This document shows, in pieces, positions 58,098-64,000 of a DNA stretch of 64,000 bases. The position numbers and the translations under genes are program-made. Within the stretch, counting starts at the first letter, position 1. Every line of letters starts with the position of its first letter. The notes beneath the pieces were generated by a model, which was not told where the DNA came from, searched no databases, and worked only from the letters and a program-made list of their open reading frames with translations. This DNA is from a bacterium (GTDB taxonomy: Bacteria > UBP6 > UBA1177 > G963667425). Location of the stretch: assembly GCA_963667425.1 (NCBI GenBank), contig OY763407.1, forward strand, positions 2,009,226-2,073,225. The letters run 5' to 3'.

Positions 58098-60224
58098 TTA
58101 TTCACTTCTTAGCTGTTGTTGTACTCCGTTATTTCCCTTATTACCATCACTCTCTCCACCTTTACCAGCAGCTCCCAAAACAAAGGATGCTTTAGAAACA
58201 TCTATTTGTGAAGATTCTATCATAATTACACCAATAGAAGGACCGCCGCCACCGCCGCCGCCAGCTCCACCAGCTCCACCAGCTCCACCGTTGCCTCCAA
58301 AACCGCCGCAACCTGCATCGTCCTGATCAGAACTATATGCACCTGGAATACCGCCATTGCCACCTGTACCACCTGTGCCACCAACGCCACCTGTGCCGCC
58401 ATTACCACCTGTACCGGTTTTTATTTCTGTGTAATCAAAATATATTTTCATAGACGAATTTACCCATACAGCAAATGAACCGCCACCACCAGCTCCACCA
58501 GTACCGCCAGCTCCACCACATCCAGCTCCTCCACCACCACCGCCGGCAGAACCGTATGTTGAACAGTCACTAAAAGCATTGTTATCTTTGTGTCCTTTTC
58601 CACCGCCACCGCCGCCACCGGAAACACCTCTCGTTCCTTCCAAACCATCCCCTCCTTTAGAGGGAATATATGAAGAAGAATCGGCATAACCAAAAGCACT
58701 GCCAGCCTGACCATCATCACCTGCATCTCCATTATGACCATTTCTTCCATTTGCAGCATATGTGGGAATTGGGTTTCCATCCGTTGAACAGGAAAGATCA
58801 CTAGTCAAAGTTCCGCCTGTACCAGTATTTATTCCATTATCCTGACCCTGAAGATTGTTGTTTGAACCTTCAACACCTTCTGAACCGTCGTAGCCAGGGT
58901 ATCCGCCATCGCCACCTTTTGTTCCACATGCCGAATAACCTCCCGAACCGTAAGCAGGCTGACTACAGTTTCCACCACAACCAATAAGGTCATCATCACT
59001 TTCACAGCCTGGAGCTCCAGTTCCACCATTACTACCAGAAGCTCCTGTAGCACCTGTAATACCGTCAAGACCTTTTTTGCCATTTCCTGAAACTATATAG
59101 GAATGTCTTATGGAAATGTTCATACTACTGTTTATAAAAATACCATAGGAAGATTCCCCATTTTCCTCAGCATCATCAGCATTAATAGAAATATATGTCA
59201 TTTCAATATTTTCACATTGAGAAATTATAACAGGTTTGTTAGAACCTTTAATTGTAACAAAATTTGAAGTAGATCTTACCCAATCAGGATAACCGCTATA
59301 GCCACCATAAAGGGATACATTGCTTTTTAGCGTTACTGGTCCGTCATATTCACCTTTTGCAATAAGTATTGCAGGTTTATATTCAGCTGTTGCAAGCACT
59401 AAAGCTTTTGTTATACTTCTGACAGGAAGATCTTTTGTTCCTTCATTAAGGTCACTGCCATAAACTGAATCTACAAAAATAGATTTTTCAATGTTTCCAT
59501 CTATTCCGTCACCATTACTGTCTATAAAGTTATCGTCAGGTTTGTCTTCTGTTATATTAGGTTTTGTTTCACATGTTGATGTGTCAAATCTAACGCAGTT
59601 TGCTGTACAGTAGGCTGTTCCTCCTGAAAATGTGGAAGAATCTATCAGCGTGCATAGTCTGGAATTTCCATCACAAACCTCATTAGCCTGAATTGTACCG
59701 TCACCACAGGTAGTAACAACAACATCACTGTCTGGAAGAGCATTGTCATCATCAGAAAAATCTTCATCAGATTCTATATCTAAATCAGGATCAATATCAG
59801 TAAAAATATCAAGATCATCTTTTTCAATATCTGAATCCATATCGTTTTCAGAATCTGAAACAGGTATATCTTCATCGTTCATATAATCTTCATCATCAAT
59901 CAAAGAATCATTATCAATATCAGGAATTTCAGCATAGTCAGCATCAAAAACGGCTATATCTTCATCATTTCTTTCTCCAGGTCTGCAATAGCCATCTGTT
60001 GCACAATAAAAACCATCAAGGCATGCATCGTTTGTCATGCATGTATACAATGTTGAACATTCTCCTTCTTTCACACCTGTGTCATTAACCTTTCCAGCAG
60101 AAAAATCACAGTATGTTCCTGTTTTGCATTCGGTATCATTAAGGCATGTGTTATCTGTTTTTTTATCATCACATGCAGAAACAAAAAATAAAAGCAATGT
60201 GATAAAAACTAAATAAAACTTCAT
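58098..60224 (-). CDS. Lipoprotein: Cys-rich N-terminus, acidic linker, Myxococcus-type Cys-rich repeat, right-handed beta-helix region, long Gly-rich C-terminus
   Basis: The MKFYLVFITLLLFFVSACDDK start at 60224 has GAGG upstream. TTCGDGTIQANEVCDGN matches the CGDG..E.CD repeat. IFVDSVYGSDLNEGTKDLPVRSITKAL is a beta-helix N-cap. C-terminal GGxGG runs end in GGAGGAGGAGGGGGGGP. Confidence 0.7.
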   Translation of the reverse strand: MKFYLVFITLLLFFVSACDDKKTDNTCLNDTECKTGTYCDFSAGKVNDTGVKEGECSTLYTCMTNDACLDGFYCATDGYCRPGERNDEDIAVFDADYAEIPDIDNDSLIDDEDYMNDEDIPVSDSENDMDSDIEKDDLDIFTDIDPDLDIESDEDFSDDDNALPDSDVVVTTCGDGTIQANEVCDGNSRLCTLIDSSTFSGGTAYCTANCVRFDTSTCETKPNITEDKPDDNFIDSNGDGIDGNIEKSIFVDSVYGSDLNEGTKDLPVRSITKALVLATAEYKPAILIAKGEYDGPVTLKSNVSLYGGYSGYPDWVRSTSNFVTIKGSNKPVIISQCENIEMTYISINADDAEENGESSYGIFINSSMNISIRHSYIVSGNGKKGLDGITGATGASGSNGGTGAPGCESDDDLIGCGGNCSQPAYGSGGYSACGTKGGDGGYPGYDGSEGVEGSNNNLQGQDNGINTGTGGTLTSDLSCSTDGNPIPTYAANGRNGHNGDAGDDGQAGSAFGYADSSSYIPSKGGDGLEGTRGVSGGGGGGGKGHKDNNAFSDCSTYGSAGGGGGGAGCGGAGGTGGAGGGGSFAVWVNSSMKIYFDYTEIKTGTGGNGGTGGVGGTGGTGGNGGIPGAYSSDQDDAGCGGFGGNGGAGGAGGAGGGGGGGPSIGVIMIESSQIDVSKASFVLGAAGKGGESDGNKGNNGVQQQLRSE

Positions 60225-60303
60225 ATAAGACCTCATAAATTTAAATTATGCAGAGAAATTATACGGATATAAAGAAGAATCTCAATAACTTTATACAAAA
60301 TTA

Positions 60304-62037
60304 TTATTTAGGACGAATACCGGGAGTTACCTCTTTTTCATACCACTGAAAATTATCAAGAAGAACTGTTGTGTCATATGAATGATCCGGTCCATATGGT
60401 ACTGAGCCTGTTTCCCATACTGCAAATCTAAGTGTGATTTCTTCTCCTGGAACTACGTTTCCTGAAGCAGCAAACCAACCGGTTCCACCATGTCCATCAC
60501 ATTGTTTTCCTATTATAGGAATTGTTGTACATTCATACTGAAAACCTGTTCCAGCAAGTTCTTCAGGCTGTTCACATGCGTCACATTCGCCATTTTTGTT
60601 TCCACCGCCAATTCCTCCAATGCCTGAACCAGAGCAACCTTCTTTATCACATCTTCTGAAAATTCCATTAGGAGCTATGCTAACACCCATTGGATTTTTC
60701 TTATCATCAACAGCCATATTTTTATCCCAGTTATTTTTTCTTTCACTATTGGGGTTAACTTCATTAAATGTTGAATCCAGAAGCGCTATAAAGAAATCGT
60801 TATATTCTGTGCAGACAAGACCGGGAAATTCAATTGAAAAAAAGTAAAAATCAAAAGAAAAAGCATTGGCATTTATTGGAACCTTCATTTTAACTGTCAG
60901 CATTATAGGATCCTGAACTGAAGGACTTTCTGTTCCACTACATTGATCGTCAAGCTCTTCAGTTGAAATAACACCTTCACCTTTACATGCTTCAGATTCA
61001 GGAAATTTACAATTTTTCTGACGATTTATCCAGTCTGTTGGCACTTTACTTGCTGTTTTCATATCTCCGGCATCCAATGTAGCTTCACTGGCATTCATTG
61101 TAGGAGAATTGTAAGGACCAGTTGAAAGTATTGTCAAAAGGTCACTCTTATTTGCGGTTATAACATTACCAAATTTATTTGCAACGGCATATGTTTTATA
61201 TTTGTCATCAAAATATGGTTCCGTAAGACTTGGTCTCTGAATTTCAGGAGGCAGCTGTGAGTTTCCATCTGAACCCTGTGTGGCAGGACCATCACAGATA
61301 CTTTCAGTAACAGGATCTCCTGCCAGAGAAAGTGTTGCTGAAATATAACCTTCACAAGTATCCATTGCTTTAGCTAAATACTCTCCATTGTTTTTAATTC
61401 CGGACATTGAAACACCTGAATCACAGGTTACTACTTCATCTATTTCACCATTACTATTATCATCAAGTCCATTATTTGGCACTTCAAAAGCATTTGGATT
61501 TATTAATGCAGGATCATGTCCCGGACACTCTTCCGGAATGTCACAGGCATCATTTTCACATCTTATATAACCGTCACCATCCTGATCGGTATGTGCAGGA
61601 AGATTATCAGGATTACCATCACAATCAGAATCAATACCATCCACTTCACATGCTTCAGGTTCCGGATTAATTTGCTCACTACATTCAGTCCATCTTCCAT
61701 CAGCACCGCAAAGAGATGTTCCTGCTTTACAAATGCCTACGTTTTCCATTTCCGCTGTACCAACCCACTCGCATTTTTTTGTTTCTCCAGGGGTACATTC
61801 CATTGTCTGAGGATCATTATCCGGTTGAGTGTTTGAATCATTATCAGATGTATCATCAGGATTTTCTATGATAGCATCAGCATCACTTAAAACTTTTTCG
61901 CAAACATTTGTACTTTGATTACACACTTCATTTGTGCCACAATCTTCATTTGTTTCACATTCCAGCGCATCATCTGATGATGCACAGGATAATGTAAAGA
62001 CTAAAAAAAACAGTGTAAAAATAAGACCTAACTTCAT
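60304..62037 (-). CDS. Lipoprotein paralog 1: Cys-rich N-terminus, acidic linker, MopE-like putative metal-binding motifs, choice-of-anchor-L-like domain
   Basis: Lipobox TLSC. DGIDSDCDGNPDN...DQDGDGY...NPNAFEVPNNGLDDNSNGEIDE. FSFDFYFFSIEFPGLVCTEYNDFFIALLDS resembles the choice-of-anchor-L core. Confidence 0.6.
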   Translation of the reverse strand: MKLGLIFTLFFLVFTLSCASSDDALECETNEDCGTNEVCNQSTNVCEKVLSDADAIIENPDDTSDNDSNTQPDNDPQTMECTPGETKKCEWVGTAEMENVGICKAGTSLCGADGRWTECSEQINPEPEACEVDGIDSDCDGNPDNLPAHTDQDGDGYIRCENDACDIPEECPGHDPALINPNAFEVPNNGLDDNSNGEIDEVVTCDSGVSMSGIKNNGEYLAKAMDTCEGYISATLSLAGDPVTESICDGPATQGSDGNSQLPPEIQRPSLTEPYFDDKYKTYAVANKFGNVITANKSDLLTILSTGPYNSPTMNASEATLDAGDMKTASKVPTDWINRQKNCKFPESEACKGEGVISTEELDDQCSGTESPSVQDPIMLTVKMKVPINANAFSFDFYFFSIEFPGLVCTEYNDFFIALLDSTFNEVNPNSERKNNWDKNMAVDDKKNPMGVSIAPNGIFRRCDKEGCSGSGIGGIGGGNKNGECDACEQPEELAGTGFQYECTTIPIIGKQCDGHGGTGWFAASGNVVPGEEITLRFAVWETGSVPYGPDHSYDTTVLLDNFQWYEKEVTPGIRPK

Positions 62038-62164
62038 AGCCGGACTCCTGCCTAAATATTATAAGAGTAAAACACCAATTATTGATGAGTATATAACATT
62101 AATAAATAAATTCAACATGAAAAAATAATATTTTTTACAGAAATGTTGAAAAATATTTGATTTT

Positions 62165-63802
62165 TTATTTAGGGCTTATACCTGGCTCAACTTCTTTTTC
62201 ATACCATTTAAAATTATCAAGAAGAACTGTAGAATCAAAAATGTGATCCGTTCCGCCATCCCATATTGCAAATCTAAGAGTTATCTCTTCACCAGGAACG
62301 ACATTACCAGAAGCCGAGAACCAGCCTGTACCGCCATAATTTATAGTGTCCATTCCAAAGAGACCGCCTGTTTCACTCTCAAAACCGGTTCCTTTAAGCT
62401 CTTCAGGCTTCTCACAGGCATTACATTCGCCATGAGTATTACCACCTACACCAATAATTCCAGCAGAACCTGAACAAACATCTTTATTACATCTTCTAAA
62501 AATACCGTTAGGTGCAATGTTTACACCCATTGGATTTCCTTTATCATCAACAGCCATATTTTTATCCCAGTTATTCTTTTTATCACTATCAGGATTTACA
62601 TCATTAAATGTTGAATCTAAAAGAGCAATAAAAAAATCGTTAAAAGCTGAACAGACGTAACCAGGGAATTCTATTGATAAAAAGTAAAAATCAAAAGAAA
62701 AGGCATTGGCATTGATAGGAACTTTTACTTTTACAGTAAGCATTACAGGATCCTGTACTGAAGGAGCATCTGTACCTGTACACTGATTATCAAGCTCTTC
62801 TGTAGAAATTGTTTCTCCACAGGCTTCTGATCCTGGAAATTCACAATTTTTCTGTCTATTCATCCAATCAGAAGGAACTTTACTGGCTGTTCCAAGGTCT
62901 CCTGAAGAATCCGATGTAGGAGAATCATAATCTCCAGAGGAAAGAATTGTCATCAGAGAACTTCTAGCAGGCATTATTGAATTACCAAATTTATTAGCCA
63001 CAGCATAGGATTTTGAAGAACTATCAAATTTAGGCATTGAAGCACTTCCTGAGTCGGCTTCTCCTGCTAACGAAATTGTTGCAGAAACGTAGCCTTCACA
63101 AATATCCATGGCTTTAGCAAGATATTCACCATTTCCTTCAAGCCCTGTCATTGAAACACTGCTGTCACATGTTACAACTTCATCAATTTCACCATTGCTG
63201 TTATCATCTATACCATTATCAGCAACTTCAAAAGCATTCGGATTTATCATTGCAGGATCAAATCCAGGACACTCTTCAGAAATATCACAGGCATCATCTT
63301 CACATCTAAGAAAACCATCGCCGTCCGCATCTGTATGTGCAGGAAGATTATCAGCTTCACCATTACAATCAGAATCAATATCATCGGCTGTACATGCCTC
63401 TGGCTCTGGATTTACCTGACCGGTACATTCAGTCCACCTTGCGTCAGCTCCGCATACAGAAGTTCCGGCTTTACATATTCCAACATTTTCCAGCTCTTCA
63501 CTCCCAATCCAAGCACATTTCTTTGTTGTTCCAGGAGTACAAGGTTCATCTGAATTATCAATATCAGGAGTTTCAGAAACAGCATCTGCATCCGGCAAGG
63601 ATTCATTATCAGCAACGACATCCAAGTCCTCAGAAGCCTGATCATAGTCTGAAACCTCAGCAATATTTTCACAAATATTTAATGAGAGATTACATACTTT
63701 CTCTGAAGGACAATCTTCATTGGATTCACATTCAAGATTATCTTCTGAAGGTGCACAAGAAACGACACCTATAAAAAATAAAATCAAAAAAACATATTTC
63801 AT
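62165..63802 (-). CDS. Lipoprotein paralog 2 of the same family
   Basis: Collinear with 60304-62037. Long identical blocks include NVGICKAGTS, NPNAFEV, VPINANAFSFDFYF and NWDKNMAVDDK. Confidence 0.6.
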   Translation of the reverse strand: MKYVFLILFFIGVVSCAPSEDNLECESNEDCPSEKVCNLSLNICENIAEVSDYDQASEDLDVVADNESLPDADAVSETPDIDNSDEPCTPGTTKKCAWIGSEELENVGICKAGTSVCGADARWTECTGQVNPEPEACTADDIDSDCNGEADNLPAHTDADGDGFLRCEDDACDISEECPGFDPAMINPNAFEVADNGIDDNSNGEIDEVVTCDSSVSMTGLEGNGEYLAKAMDICEGYVSATISLAGEADSGSASMPKFDSSSKSYAVANKFGNSIMPARSSLMTILSSGDYDSPTSDSSGDLGTASKVPSDWMNRQKNCEFPGSEACGETISTEELDNQCTGTDAPSVQDPVMLTVKVKVPINANAFSFDFYFLSIEFPGYVCSAFNDFFIALLDSTFNDVNPDSDKKNNWDKNMAVDDKGNPMGVNIAPNGIFRRCNKDVCSGSAGIIGVGGNTHGECNACEKPEELKGTGFESETGGLFGMDTINYGGTGWFSASGNVVPGEEITLRFAIWDGGTDHIFDSTVLLDNFKWYEKEVEPGISPK

Positions 63803-63835
63803 ATCAGATGCTCCATAAAAATAATTAAATATTTT

Positions 63836-64000
63836 TTATTTAGGGCTTATACCAGGTTCAACCTCTTTTTCGTACCATTTAAAATTATCGAGCAAAACGG
63901 TCGTATCATATGAATGATCTGTGCCATATTCAACAGATCCTGTTTCCCATAGAGCAAACCTGAGTGTTATTTCTTCACCAGGGACAACGTTTCCGGAAGC
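63836..64000 (-). CDS. Lipoprotein paralog 3 of the same family; C-terminal 54 codons only, 5' end beyond the window
   Basis: My own translation gives ASGNVVPGEEITLRFALWETGSVEYGTDHSYDTTVLLDNFKWYEKEVEPGISPK*. The stop is at 63836-63838. It is not in the track because there is no start in the window. Confidence 0.75.
   Translation of the reverse strand, partial: ASGNVVPGEEITLRFALWETGSVEYGTDHSYDTTVLLDNFKWYEKEVEPGISPK

Noticed and set aside
58226-59083. Three minus-strand ORFs (60, 113 and 84 aa) rich in M/V/A/L
   Set aside because: They are alternative frames of the Gly-repeat coding tract (GGN codons read out of frame).

Overview
AT-rich chromosomal segment (mid-30s % GC, estimated by eye) from an anaerobic, chemotactic, diderm bacterium. 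I cannot assign a taxon from the sequence. It holds about 55 genes, mostly on the minus strand and tightly packed.

Housekeeping blocks:
- Rrf2-nifS-nifU-(MiaB/MtaB-like)-EamA operon
- rluD, birA
- nrdD with a C-terminal redoxin fusion and upstream NrdR-like boxes
- rsmI-yraN-smpB
- LeuC/LeuD-like dehydratase plus a class II aldolase
- ffh-rpsP-KH-rimM-trmD

There is a large secretome of lipoproteins. Their usual layout is a lipobox, an acidic D/E linker, then Cys-rich modules. It includes a partial giant PPC-domain protein, a beta-helix/poly-Gly protein, and at least 3 tandem choice-of-anchor-L-like paralogs.

The most unusual stretch is 11.3-21.1 kb.
- (i) A variable locus where two alternative gene cassettes sit in tandem. 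Each is framed by near-identical copies of the same two flanks, joined at a 10-bp microhomology.
- (ii) One cassette encodes a 1199-aa protein with two LamG domains and a possible caspase/gingipain-like His/Cys dyad, plus an overlapping lipoprotein.
- (iii) An orphan Card1/Can2-like CARF + PD-(D/E)xK nuclease with a large inserted module. It is followed by five degenerate ~42-bp GC-rich tandem repeats and an unknown 224-aa helical protein. No cas genes, CRISPR array or cyclase occur anywhere in the window. This is my best candidate for an undescribed system.

Region 42.9-46.4 kb is a cluster of decayed genes: two homopolymer frameshifts, one in-frame TAG and a 5' truncation. I found no rRNA, tRNA, tmRNA, CRISPR array, transposase or integrase.
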